Positions 9,799-19,143 of a stretch of DNA of 64,000 nucleotides are shown piece after piece. The notes under the pieces are model-generated. The model saw only the letters and a program-made list of their open reading frames with translations, was not told the DNA's origin and searched no databases. How positions within the stretch are numbered: the stretch's first letter is position 1; each line of letters begins with the position of its first letter. Source of the stretch: Candidatus Kapaibacterium sp. (GTDB lineage: Bacteria > Bacteroidota > Ignavibacteria > Kapaibacteriales > UBA7675); NCBI GenBank assembly GCA_028284775.1, contig JANQRB010000044.1, forward strand, positions 65,342-129,341. The letters run 5' to 3'. The position numbers were made by a program, and so were the translations under genes.

Positions 9799-11634
9799 TC
9801 AGGCAGTGTCTTTTCCCAGATCCAATCCTATGAAGAATGACATCAGGTCGGTATCGCTCTCGAGAGCAAGCTTCTTGCGGATGCGAAGCCTGTGCGTTTC
9901 GATGGTGCGGGCCGAATTGTTCAGCACTTCCGCCATTTCCTTCGATGTCAACTTGTTGTAGATCATCTTACAGATGAGAATTTCTCTGGTTGTTAAGGCG
10001 GAACAGCGTTCGATGAGACGTGCGTGAAACATAGGATGATTCTGCTCGAAGACGCTTTCCAATTGCTGCAGTTCAGTTGTCGTTGAAATCGCGCGACGAA
10101 TCTCGTTCGGCATCGCTGCCAATTGTTCTGACAATTCGTCCCGCGACGCGGAGGATTCGATCGCCTGGTCAATTCGCTTCGCGAGCGAGTGGAGCAGCAC
10201 CCGCAGTTCTTCAATTTTCTCAAAGGATACTGCCAGAATCTGCGTCTTCGATTGGAGGTCGCCCCGCAGATCGGTGATAGCATGGTCGAGACGCGCCAGC
10301 TTTTGATCGTATTCTTCCGTCTCGAGTCGCAGCCGCAGGGCCAGCATCATTTGCCGCTTCCTTTCATTCTCGAAAGCCTGGTAATACTCGAAATGTCTTT
10401 CGTGATGATCAAAAGCCCTGGCCGTAGCTTCGGGCGTCGAGAGCTTTTTATAACAGCTACAGAGGTTCAGATGCAGTTTGTGTAGCATTTCCGGCGCGGG
10501 AACCTCTAATCTCTCCACGATAGCGAGTGAACGCCGGAGCAGTGTAAGGGCATCTTCGACCTCCCCGATAGCGCGACGGGTTTGCGCGGCGAACATCAGG
10601 CTGACGGCTACGGTATGCTGATCGTCGATCGCTTCGCTAATCCGCAGGGCGTCGGCGAAGCACTGCAGCGCCTCCTGCATTAGCTCCTGGCGTTCGTAAT
10701 GGAGTCCGATTTCATTCAGGAGAATCGCAAGATCACCGTTTTGTCCACTGGCCTCGCGAAGGCGGCGGCTCTCTTCCAGCAATGGTCCGGCCCGGGTGTA
10801 GTCACCTGTTTCGGAGGCGATGACGCCCAGGTATCTAAGGATGAAAGCCTTGCGTGAGACCAGACCGATACTCTTCGCGATCTCGAGGCTTTCTTCGAAA
10901 TAGCGCAGAGCGCGCTCATTGTCTTCCAGGATATTATAGATGACGCCGATATTGGCCTGCACCGCCGATTCAGCCGGGCGGTTGTCCGTCGCGCGCGCCA
11001 GTTTCAAGCGCCGCTCGTTGTATTCCAGCGCCGCCGGATAATCGCCAAGATTGTGGTACACATTGGCAAAGATTCCCAGCGCCTCATCCAGCCCCGTATG
11101 AAAATCGGCCTCTTCAAAAAGTGGCAGCGCAGCGCCCGCTTGCCGCAGTGCCGCGGTATAATTCTCACGCATGCAATCCAGCAGCGCAATGTTGACGAGC
11201 GCCTGAGCCTCATCGAGCGTATCGGCCCGCGACCGACTGTTTTGAAGCGCCGTTTCATAGGAACGCTGCGCTTGTTCGAGTTCACGGCGGCGTTCATAGC
11301 AGACTCCTTCGAGCAGCAGCCAGCGGAACACTTCTCGCGCAGTGTCCTCTTTTGCTTGTGATTGGCGGGGATCGTTGAGATGGAGCAGACTCAATGCCCG
11401 ATCATACTGCGCCAGGGCATAGTGGCAGCGGGCCGCCCAATAGGCGGAGCTTCTGGCGACTTCGGGATTGTCGCATTCGGCGGCCAGCGACAGGGCCTGC
11501 TGTGCGAGGCTTAAACAATCGGCCGGCTGCGACAGCCAATGCTCTTCTACGTAGGCTGTTAAAATCTGCGCCTTTTTGTGCGGCTTGCGCAGACGCCGAA
11601 GGCTTTGATGGAGTTCAGATAATGTAGTCGCCAT
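9799..11634 (-). CDS. TPR-repeat transcriptional regulator with C-terminal LuxR-type HTH
   Basis: The C-terminus TREILICKMIYNKLTSKEMAEVLNNSARTIETHRLRIRKKL is a LuxR/GerE HTH. The upstream ~450 aa are TPR-like helical repeats (AxxxYxxxG patterns). Start moved to the second ATG (11634), because GGAGA lies 9 nt upstream of it but abuts the first ATG at 11643. Confidence 0.8.
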   Translation of the reverse strand: MATTLSELHQSLRRLRKPHKKAQILTAYVEEHWLSQPADCLSLAQQALSLAAECDNPEVARSSAYWAARCHYALAQYDRALSLLHLNDPRQSQAKEDTAREVFRWLLLEGVCYERRRELEQAQRSYETALQNSRSRADTLDEAQALVNIALLDCMRENYTAALRQAGAALPLFEEADFHTGLDEALGIFANVYHNLGDYPAALEYNERRLKLARATDNRPAESAVQANIGVIYNILEDNERALRYFEESLEIAKSIGLVSRKAFILRYLGVIASETGDYTRAGPLLEESRRLREASGQNGDLAILLNEIGLHYERQELMQEALQCFADALRISEAIDDQHTVAVSLMFAAQTRRAIGEVEDALTLLRRSLAIVERLEVPAPEMLHKLHLNLCSCYKKLSTPEATARAFDHHERHFEYYQAFENERKRQMMLALRLRLETEEYDQKLARLDHAITDLRGDLQSKTQILAVSFEKIEELRVLLHSLAKRIDQAIESSASRDELSEQLAAMPNEIRRAISTTTELQQLESVFEQNHPMFHARLIERCSALTTREILICKMIYNKLTSKEMAEVLNNSARTIETHRLRIRKKLALESDTDLMSFFIGLDLGKDTA

Positions 11635-11881
11635 AAGCCGCATTCTCCAACCGAGCCGACCCAGTCATGGCCCAATGAAAATCGCGAAACGCAGTATGTC
11701 CCAAGCAGTGCAAACGCAGACGCTACTAATATAGCGCTGCAGGGCGGAACTCCCGACACATTCCGCCGATTCCGATTTTCAAACCCGGTTTATTGTTTGG
11801 CGCGGCCTGTCCGCTGTGCAGATTCGGACTCTGCGGCCTGCGGTAGAAGAGAACATCGCCCTCCGCTCGCCGCCCTCCACC

Positions 11882-13072
11882 TTAGAGTTCCCAGACGGAG
11901 ACATCTTCGATGACTTCGTTAAGGGCTTGCGGCAGCGAGGCCAGGGCGTGCCGCAAATCCGCAATCAGATCCTCGATGTCTTCGATACCGACCGACAGCC
12001 GGATCAGGTTATCGCTGATGCCGGCCAGGAGACGCTGTTCGGGCCGCATCGAGGCGTGACTCATCGTGGCGGGATGCTCGATGAGCGATTCCACGCCCCC
12101 GACCGACACCGCCAGATTAAACACGCGCACTGTTCGCAAGACATGTTCCGCGGCGGCCTGATCGCCGGTTACGGTAAACGAAAGGATGCCGCCGAAGCCT
12201 TCCTGCTGCCGGCAGGCCAGTTCGTGATCGTCATGGCTTGCGAGTCCGGGATAGAGCACGCGTTCAACCGCCGGATGATCTTCCAGGAAGCGCGCCACCG
12301 CCAGGGCGTTTGCTTCATGCCGGCGCATGCGCAGTGGCAGGGTTTTCATGCCGCGCAGCACCAGCCAGCAATCGAAGGGCGCGGCCCCCGTACCGTAGGC
12401 ATTGGCCAGAAAACGGATCTTTTCAGCCAACTCGTCCGTCGCGGCCACCAGCGCGCCGCCGATGACATCGGAATGGCCGTTTAAGTATTTTGTGGTTGAA
12501 TGAACGACAATGTCCGCTCCATACTGAAGCGGCTTCTGCAAAAGAGGTGAGAGAAAGGTATTGTCAACAATCAGCAGCAAACCCTGTTCTTGGGCCAGAT
12601 CGGCCAGATAGCCGAGGTCGACGACGCGAAGAAGTGGATTGGAAGGAGTTTCGACCCAGAGCGCCTTCGTCTCCGGTCGCAGGGCTGCCCGCAGCGCGGC
12701 GCTGTCGCGAAGATCGACGTAGTCTACATCGATCTTGGCCTGCGAGGCCAGGTGAGTCAGCAGGCGTTCAGTGCCGCCGTAACAGTCATGGGAACAAATG
12801 ATATGAGCGCCGGCATCCAGCACATGGAGGGCGGTGGCGATTGCCGCCATTCCGCTGGACAGTGCCACGGCGTCCGCGCCGCCTTCCAGGGCAGCCAGCG
12901 ACTCTTCCAGCGCGCTGCGGGTGGGGTTGCCGCTGCGCGTGTAGTCATAACCTTTGTCGCTGCCGACATCGTCAAATCGGAAAACGGCTGTTTGATAAAT
13001 CGGCGGTGCAATGGAGTTAAAGGCGGTATCGGTATCGCGGCCGGCCAGGGCCAGGCGTGTACTGTGTTGCAT
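11882..13072 (-). CDS. Cys/Met-metabolism PLP-dependent enzyme (cystathionine gamma-synthase / beta-lyase family)
   Basis: 396 aa. The N-terminus MQHSTRLALAGRD...IAPPIYQTAVF and the PLP-lysine region HSTTKYLNGHSDVIGGALV are characteristic of the Cys_Met_Meta_PP family. An in-frame TAG upstream fixes the ATG at 13072. Confidence 0.9.
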   Translation of the reverse strand: MQHSTRLALAGRDTDTAFNSIAPPIYQTAVFRFDDVGSDKGYDYTRSGNPTRSALEESLAALEGGADAVALSSGMAAIATALHVLDAGAHIICSHDCYGGTERLLTHLASQAKIDVDYVDLRDSAALRAALRPETKALWVETPSNPLLRVVDLGYLADLAQEQGLLLIVDNTFLSPLLQKPLQYGADIVVHSTTKYLNGHSDVIGGALVAATDELAEKIRFLANAYGTGAAPFDCWLVLRGMKTLPLRMRRHEANALAVARFLEDHPAVERVLYPGLASHDDHELACRQQEGFGGILSFTVTGDQAAAEHVLRTVRVFNLAVSVGGVESLIEHPATMSHASMRPEQRLLAGISDNLIRLSVGIEDIEDLIADLRHALASLPQALNEVIEDVSVWEL

Positions 13073-13196
13073 GTCATTCTCCCGCTGGTCTATAGTAATG
13101 AAACGTTTATTTTCGCTTCATCGTGAACTGCGAGAGATGAGCCGGCGCGGGTGCGCAAATGCTCTGCCTGCGGCAGTACCCATCATTCCCTTAAAC

Positions 13197-13223
13197 AGAA
13201 AAACCTCCCGCTGAGGGAGGTTT
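13197..13223 (-). terminator. Rho-independent terminator hairpin (CCTCCC-GCTGA-GGGAGG) with U-run on the minus strand
   Basis: Plus 13204-13220 cctcccgctgagggagg is a perfect 6-bp GC stem with a 5-nt loop. It is preceded on the plus strand by agaaaaa (a UUUUUCU run on the minus-strand transcript) and followed by ttt. It lies ~600 bp downstream of the minus-strand hydrolase gene and 125 bp upstream of the metB-like start. Confidence 0.55.
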
Positions 13224-13831
13224 GCACAAGCTTTGGCAGCATTGATTGAAACTCCGCTCATCGTTCCCGTTTCTGCTTCGGGCAGGATTTAGCACCATGA
13301 CGGAGTTTCGCTTTTGGCGAAGCCCCCGGTTGCTACGACGTCTTCGGGCCTGATCCCTCGGTCGTTCTCGATGAGAGCGCCGCAAATATACAGCGCTTGC
13401 TTCGCACAATGCAAATTTTTTTGTAAAAGCTGAAGCTCGTGCGAAGGCTAGCAGCACAGATATCCGCGCAGACCGAGCAGACCATTAACGACTTGCCGAA
13501 TGCCGCTATAGCGTGAGTCTGCTGCATGGTTGCTTAACATATCTTCCACATTTTCAAGTCCAGCAGCACGGCCTCTACAGTCGATTGACTGCGATCACAG
13601 CCGCCCGACAGTTTGCTGAAATCGAAGTGAACCAACCTTTTTATGTTTAAATAGCAGAACAGCGATTTTTCAAATTAGTTTCTTGTATATTTTTACCCTC
13701 TTAAAACAAGGAAGTGCGACGCAGACTGAGCGTTGAATGGAAGAAATTATGAATTTTCAGCGGATTCTTAACTCCCCTAGCCCTTCTTTCAAAAAAGAGG
13801 CGGACTTGAAAATTACTTGGTTGACAAAGCA

Positions 13832-15220
13832 CTAATCAGTAATCAGAACGGGCAGAGATTTTGTTGTCTCTTCTGTTAACAGATAGCAGACGTAGACACC
13901 TGCTGGCAGTGAATGAGTTGCAAAAGTCGCAACGTGGTCACCCGCCTGCTGCTCGGCTGTTTGGAGGCCGAGTGTGCTGGTCCCGGTCATGCTTACGAGT
14001 CGCAAGCGAACCGTCTGCGGTTCCGGAAGACGATAGTGGATGTTAAGGACACTACGGGCGGGGTTTGGCGCCGCTGCCAGACCGTAATCGAGGCGCTCGA
14101 AGTCCGTCACGGCAGTGACCGAGGACGGCACGGCCTCGCGTATAAGTTGTTTAAGTCGGAAGTAAGTCGGATAGATCTTCTGATAGTCATTGAAGACGGA
14201 GAGGACGCCCGCGAGATTGCGCTGCAGATCGATCCAGGGGCTAAAGCCGAAGCGACCCTGCGAGGCGGCCTCCTGCAGAGCGCCGTCCTCAGCGTCGAGT
14301 CGCTCGCGCCACACGCCGACGCCATAGCGTGTTTGCGGAAGGGCCGGATCCAGGTAGCCAAAGCCGAAATAGGGCGAATAGACGATCGTGGCGTCGCCGG
14401 TCTGATCGCTCAGCATCGCGGCGATCGATTGTTCCGAAAGAATTCGCTGTCCGTCGAAACGACCGCCGTTCAGCAGCATCTGCAGAAAGTTCATGTACTC
14501 AGCGCCGGTTGACCAGACGCCGCCGTCGATCCGCGGGTTATCGGTGGGCCGCAAGGGACCTTCGTAGCGGCTGCGCTCCATGCCCAGCGGCCGGGCAAGC
14601 AGACGCTGGAAAAGCGAATCCCAGACCTGACCGCTGCCATAATCCCATCCGCTGGCCAGCTCGGCGATCCGCCCCGCTACATGCATCGAGTTGCTGCCGT
14701 AGCTGAAGAATCGACCGGGCCGGCCGATCAATTCCTCCGCCAAAACTTCCTCCACGCATTCAGCCAGGCTGATGTCGGCCCCGCTATCCTCCACACAATC
14801 GCTGGGACCGCCGACATTGCCGGGCAAGCCGGAGGTATGCGAAAACAACTGCCCTAAGGTTATGTCGGCGTGTTCACCCGCCAGCGCGGGAAAGTAGTCG
14901 CCGGCCCGGGCATCCAGCCTCAGCTTGCCTTCATCCACAAGGGCCATGATTACTGCGCCCGAGAGCCATTTACTGGCGGATGCGATCGGGATAAAACTGT
15001 CTTCATCGAAGCGTTTGCCCGGCAGAGTCAGGGACCGACGGTAAATCAGCTCACCATTCTGCTGCAGAAGCAGCGACAGTCCCCCGCCGGGGCCCGCCAG
15101 CACTTCCAGGGAGTCTTCCAGTAGCCGGTCAACGGCGCTGAAGTCATACATTGCAGCGCCGGGCCGTGCTACAAACACCGGCAATACCAGCAGCATAAGG
15201 CCTAATAACCTGGGGCTCAT
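13832..15220 (-). CDS. Serine hydrolase of the beta-lactamase/transpeptidase superfamily (class C-like) with T9SS C-terminal sorting domain
   Basis: Start reassigned to ATG 15220 (plus 'cat' 15218-15220), with TGGAGGA SD 8 nt upstream and signal peptide MSPRLLGLMLLVLPVFVARPGAA. SxxK motif in IASASKWLSGAVIMAL. C-terminus LAAAPNPARSVLNIHYRLPEPQTVRLRLVSMTG...GVYVCYLLTEE matches the T9SS CTD. Confidence 0.85.
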   Translation of the reverse strand: MSPRLLGLMLLVLPVFVARPGAAMYDFSAVDRLLEDSLEVLAGPGGGLSLLLQQNGELIYRRSLTLPGKRFDEDSFIPIASASKWLSGAVIMALVDEGKLRLDARAGDYFPALAGEHADITLGQLFSHTSGLPGNVGGPSDCVEDSGADISLAECVEEVLAEELIGRPGRFFSYGSNSMHVAGRIAELASGWDYGSGQVWDSLFQRLLARPLGMERSRYEGPLRPTDNPRIDGGVWSTGAEYMNFLQMLLNGGRFDGQRILSEQSIAAMLSDQTGDATIVYSPYFGFGYLDPALPQTRYGVGVWRERLDAEDGALQEAASQGRFGFSPWIDLQRNLAGVLSVFNDYQKIYPTYFRLKQLIREAVPSSVTAVTDFERLDYGLAAAPNPARSVLNIHYRLPEPQTVRLRLVSMTGTSTLGLQTAEQQAGDHVATFATHSLPAGVYVCYLLTEETTKSLPVLITD

Positions 15221-15519
15221 CGAACAGTCCTCCACAGCGTTGAAGCTAGAGTTTCGGTTTCTTGCACATCGACGGGACTCACTGTCGTGTGATCTGCTTT
15301 GCGGCAAACTACGATTTTCAGCGCAGCTCTGTTACAAGCGCCGCCCGGTTTATGTCGCCGCCGGACGCGCCTGCCGGTGGCGCCTGGCTTCAGCCATAGG
15401 AAATACCTCATTCGTAAATTCGACCGCAGGGATTTCAGACTTGTTATGCTGCTGCGTAATGGCCTATTTTTAAGACTACCACTACTGTAGTGATACGGCA
15501 CATTTGAGGAGATTCGACA

Positions 15520-18500
15520 ATGCCATGCTCCTTCCGGCACGTCAGGACGGCAATTGACGGCAATCCATGGCGCGCGCAGGTCGCAATTGTTCTATGCGTT
15601 ATTTGCCTTTGCGGCCTTCCTCTTTCCGCCCTGCCGCTTATCGACCCGCCTGTCCGAGAATCCGACCTGAGCGTTCAACGCTTTGGCACCAAAGACGGTC
15701 TGTCTAATAGCGACGTCCGGGCCATCATGCGGGATTCTAAAGGCTTCATGTGGTTTGCTACCGGTGACGGCCTCAACAAATTCGACGGTTATCAATTCAC
15801 AGAATACAAGCCGGAACGCCATGACTCGAATTCGATCTCGGAAAACAGTATTGCCGCACTTTGTGAAGCCAGCGACGGCCTGCTGTGGATCGGCACGTCC
15901 GACGGCAGGCTCAATTCTTTTGACCGCCTGACCGAAGATTTTCGGTGCTATGACATTGACGGCTCCACGATTCAGGGCACCGCCGTCAGCAGTATTATTA
16001 AAATAATCGAGGACCGGCAGCGGCAGCTCTGGCTGATCACCCAGGGCGGACAGATCTTCCGCTTTGATCCCGCGACCGCCGGATGCCTTGCGCTAAACGA
16101 GCGTTTTACGCAGGTCTACCCGGAAGCCCTCAGCCGGCGTTTTGCCCTCGACGTCATTGAAGACCGGAGCGGTGCGATTTGGCTCGGCACCGTGGTGGGG
16201 CTTGTCCGATATCTGCCCGAATCGGGACGGATAGATCAATTTCTGCCGCAGCCCAATCCCCTGAGTCGTGCACACAGTCATTTTGTTATGAAAATAATCT
16301 GCCAGGAAGATAGCAGTATCGCGCTCTGTACGCAGTCCAGCCTTTATACTTTCAACCCGGCTGACCAGAGTTTTACGACTCTCCTGCACATCAAACTACC
16401 GCAATTCGCCCCCGGCGCATACTGTTTTTCGACCTTCGCCCGTCAGGCCGACGGCAGTTACTGGCTCGGTACTTTCAACAACGGATTGCTGCATTTCTCG
16501 ACACATAACCAAGAAGTGATCAGGCATGAGCGCCACGCGCTGAACCCCAACAGCCTGAGCGGCAATTCCATCAGAGCGCTGGCGACGGACAACCTGGGTA
16601 CCCTCTGGTGCGGTACGCGCTTCGGACTCAACAAGTTATCCGCGGCATCGCAGCAATTCAGCGGCATTAACGGTGAGAGGGCCTACATTAAAGGAATGCG
16701 CCATAGCGTTGTGAGATCTCTGTATCACGATAGCGACGGCGAGCTCCTGATCGGTACGGACGGCGGGCTGTATTCTACTCGCGATAAGGGCGGAGACAGC
16801 ATTCGCCGGCGCGAGGAATTGGCGCCCAGCGACGGCGAGAACTATCCCCTGAATGCCATCTACAGGGATCGGCTGGGGTGGATGTGGTTCGGCTATACCG
16901 GGATAGAGCTGATCGCCCATCATCCGGCGACAGAGCAGGTTCGGCGCTACAGAAATCTCTCCGACACTTCCAGCCAGCTCATTGGCCACGTGTTCTGTTT
17001 CGAGGAAAATCGCCATGGAACACTGTATATCGGCACCGGCCGCGGTCTGCTGCGTTTCAATCGCGCGACGGAGACTTTCGATATTTACAAGCTTAACGAA
17101 ACGATGCATGCGGATCCGGTGCTGTATGTATTCGATATTCTGGAAGTCAGCGAGGGAATGCTGTGGCTCGCCACCAACGACGGCATCTGCGTTTTCGATC
17201 AGCGAAGCGCCAGCTTCGTAAAGCACTATGAGTTCGACGAGCGGGATTCGGGATCCTTGAGCTCCGATGAGGTATGGTGCCTGCACCGCGACAAGCGGGG
17301 ACGATTGTGGGTCTGTACCTTTGGCCAGGGTATCAATCTCTATGACCCGCAGAGCGATACTTTCCGCTGCTACAATGAAGCACAAGGGCTGCCGGGCGGC
17401 GCGGCGCTGGGTATGCTGGAGGACTCTCGCGCCAGGCTCTGGATAAGCACCACGAAGGGGTTGTCGCGCTTCGATCCGCAGACCGACGTCTTTCGCAATT
17501 TCGATGTCCATGATGGTCTGCAGAGCAATGAATTCTACTTCGGCGCCTATCACCGCAGCCGGCACACCGGCGAACTGTTCTTCGGCAGTGTTAACGGATT
17601 CAACCGTTTTCATCCCGACAGTATTCGCGATAACCCGCACCCGCCGCCGCTGGCAATCACTGGCCTGAAGGTATTCGGCCGCAGACTGCGCCCGGAGATG
17701 TTCAACGGCGACAGCGTACAACTCTCTTACCGTGAAAATTTTGTTTCATTCACTTTCGCGGCCCTCGATTACACCAACCCTGGCCAACATCAGTATGCCT
17801 ATATTCTCGAAGGCGTCGACCCCGAATGGGTTAACTGCGGCACGCGGCGTTATGCCGAATACACGAATCTGCCGGGCGGCAGCTACACGTTTCGCGTTAA
17901 GGGCTCGAACAACGACGGCGTCTGGAACGAGCCGGGAATCGCCATTAGCCTGACTATTACTCCGCCAATCTGGCAAACGCTCGCTTTTCGCATCGGCCTT
18001 GCCCTCCTCCTGATCGGCATTGCGGCATGCGGCATGCGCCTGCGGATCAAGGCCGTGCAGCGCAAGGCGGCACTGCAGCACAAGGTACTGGAGTCCGAAC
18101 TGGAGGCATTGCGTTTGCAGATGAATCCACACTTTATGTTTAACTCGCTGCACTCGATTCAAAACTATATTATTAAACACGATCAGGACAGGGCCTACAC
18201 CTACCTGGCGCGCTTCGCCAGCCTCATGCGCATGACGCTTGAAAACTCCGGTGAACAGGAGATTACGCTCGCGCGCGAACTCAGGACATTGGAACTGTAC
18301 CTGGAGCTCGAAACCCTGCGCTTTGAGCATAAAATCCGTTATGACATCGAGCTCGACCGTACGATCGACCGCGATCGGCTGATGGTGCCGCCCCTGCTCT
18401 TGCAGCCCTACGTCGAAAACGCAATCGTCCATGGTCTGCAGCCCAAACGCGGCCAGGGCGTGGTAAAAATCCGGGTGCGCCGGCGAGGCCGGCATATCGT

Positions 18501-18765
18501 CTGCACGGTAGAAGATGACGGCGCCGGCCGCGCCTACGCCCGCCGCCTGAAACAGCGCAATACCAACCGGCACCTGTCCATCGGGACGAGGGTGGCTCGA
18601 AAGCGTCTCGAACGTCTCAGCACTCAACATCAGCAGTCGATGCATGTCAGCGTCACCGATTTATACGATTTTCACGGTCAGGCCGCCGGCACCCGTGTCG
18701 ACATCACGCTTGCGGCAACGATACGTTCCGATGGCCACGACAAGGGTCGGTCTGTGCTTGCCTGA
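15520..18765 (+). CDS. Sensor histidine kinase, periplasmic two-component-regulator-propeller repeats + Y_Y_Y domain + TM + LytS/YehU-type His_kinase + HATPase_c (paralog 1 of 3)
   Basis: ATG 15520 with GAGGAG SD 9 nt upstream. N-terminal TM/signal, repeated ...IWIGTxxGLxxFD... propeller units, the Y_Y_Y signature YAYILEGVDPEWVNCGTRRYAEYTNLPGGSYTFRVKGSNNDGVW, a TM helix LAFRIGLALLLIGIAA, LytS-type H-box LQMNPHFMFNSLHSIQ, and ATPase region LLLQPYVENAIVHGL...VEDDGAG. Confidence 0.9.
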   Translation: MPCSFRHVRTAIDGNPWRAQVAIVLCVICLCGLPLSALPLIDPPVRESDLSVQRFGTKDGLSNSDVRAIMRDSKGFMWFATGDGLNKFDGYQFTEYKPERHDSNSISENSIAALCEASDGLLWIGTSDGRLNSFDRLTEDFRCYDIDGSTIQGTAVSSIIKIIEDRQRQLWLITQGGQIFRFDPATAGCLALNERFTQVYPEALSRRFALDVIEDRSGAIWLGTVVGLVRYLPESGRIDQFLPQPNPLSRAHSHFVMKIICQEDSSIALCTQSSLYTFNPADQSFTTLLHIKLPQFAPGAYCFSTFARQADGSYWLGTFNNGLLHFSTHNQEVIRHERHALNPNSLSGNSIRALATDNLGTLWCGTRFGLNKLSAASQQFSGINGERAYIKGMRHSVVRSLYHDSDGELLIGTDGGLYSTRDKGGDSIRRREELAPSDGENYPLNAIYRDRLGWMWFGYTGIELIAHHPATEQVRRYRNLSDTSSQLIGHVFCFEENRHGTLYIGTGRGLLRFNRATETFDIYKLNETMHADPVLYVFDILEVSEGMLWLATNDGICVFDQRSASFVKHYEFDERDSGSLSSDEVWCLHRDKRGRLWVCTFGQGINLYDPQSDTFRCYNEAQGLPGGAALGMLEDSRARLWISTTKGLSRFDPQTDVFRNFDVHDGLQSNEFYFGAYHRSRHTGELFFGSVNGFNRFHPDSIRDNPHPPPLAITGLKVFGRRLRPEMFNGDSVQLSYRENFVSFTFAALDYTNPGQHQYAYILEGVDPEWVNCGTRRYAEYTNLPGGSYTFRVKGSNNDGVWNEPGIAISLTITPPIWQTLAFRIGLALLLIGIAACGMRLRIKAVQRKAALQHKVLESELEALRLQMNPHFMFNSLHSIQNYIIKHDQDRAYTYLARFASLMRMTLENSGEQEITLARELRTLELYLELETLRFEHKIRYDIELDRTIDRDRLMVPPLLLQPYVENAIVHGLQPKRGQGVVKIRVRRRGRHIVCTVEDDGAGRAYARRLKQRNTNRHLSIGTRVARKRLERLSTQHQQSMHVSVTDLYDFHGQAAGTRVDITLAATIRSDGHDKGRSVLA

Positions 18766-18820
18766 CTTTGTTCCGATCACATCGCTTCGCTGTCTGGCCC
18801 GGACGATCGGAACACAGTCA
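18763..18820 (+). other. Long imperfect hairpin spanning the HK1 stop codon (16-bp arms TGACTTTGTTCCGATC / GATCGGAACACAGTCA, 26-nt loop), possible intercistronic terminator/attenuator
   Basis: The arms are reverse complements with one mismatch. No canonical U-run follows. Confidence 0.35.
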
Positions 18821-19143
18821 AAGCCACTCGGCTTTGTCGTCCTTTACATGATCGCATATTGTTAACTGACGAGCTGAAAGAAGACTCCGCCGGCATCGGA
18901 TTTTCTTCCGCGCGCATCGCAGTCGAACGCGGCTATCGCGCAGCGCGTTAAGCCGAGCCCTTAGATGCAGAAAGAAGCAGAATGATAAAACAATAGCCGC
19001 GGCGGCGACACCTCCTGTTTTCCAGAGGCCGGACAAAGGAAAATACGGCGCAAGCAATTCTTAACTGGAATTCATCTCGCATTTGGTCTATTTTTCGGCA
19101 CCACTGCTTTCGCGAAACTGTTCATTACTTGGAGATCTTCCGG

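Noticed and set aside
11816-13126. Plus-strand ORFs 11816..12484 and 12590..13126 overlapping the metB-like gene
   Set aside because: Antisense shadow ORFs. The minus-strand gene has unmistakable PLP-enzyme motifs.
13073-13330. Possible SAM riboswitch in the metB-like leader
   Set aside because: I reverse-complemented the leader and found none of the SAM-I core (GGTGGAGGGA...GCAACC) or an obvious SAM-II pseudoknot, only the terminator hairpin.
16636-18645. Minus-strand ORFs 16636..17721 and 17746..18645 inside HK1; similar antisense ORFs are 20612..21220, 24184..24801 and 25030..25902 in HK2/HK3
   Set aside because: Antisense to strongly supported kinase genes, with low-complexity Ala/Arg/Gly-rich translations.
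19129-19143. TTG start of HK2 given by the track
   Set aside because: ATG at 19144 has properly spaced GGAGA. The track evidently allows TTG/GTG starts (also seen at 38748, 34793, 34131, 28719, 57676, 56223, 63416), which were re-evaluated case by case.
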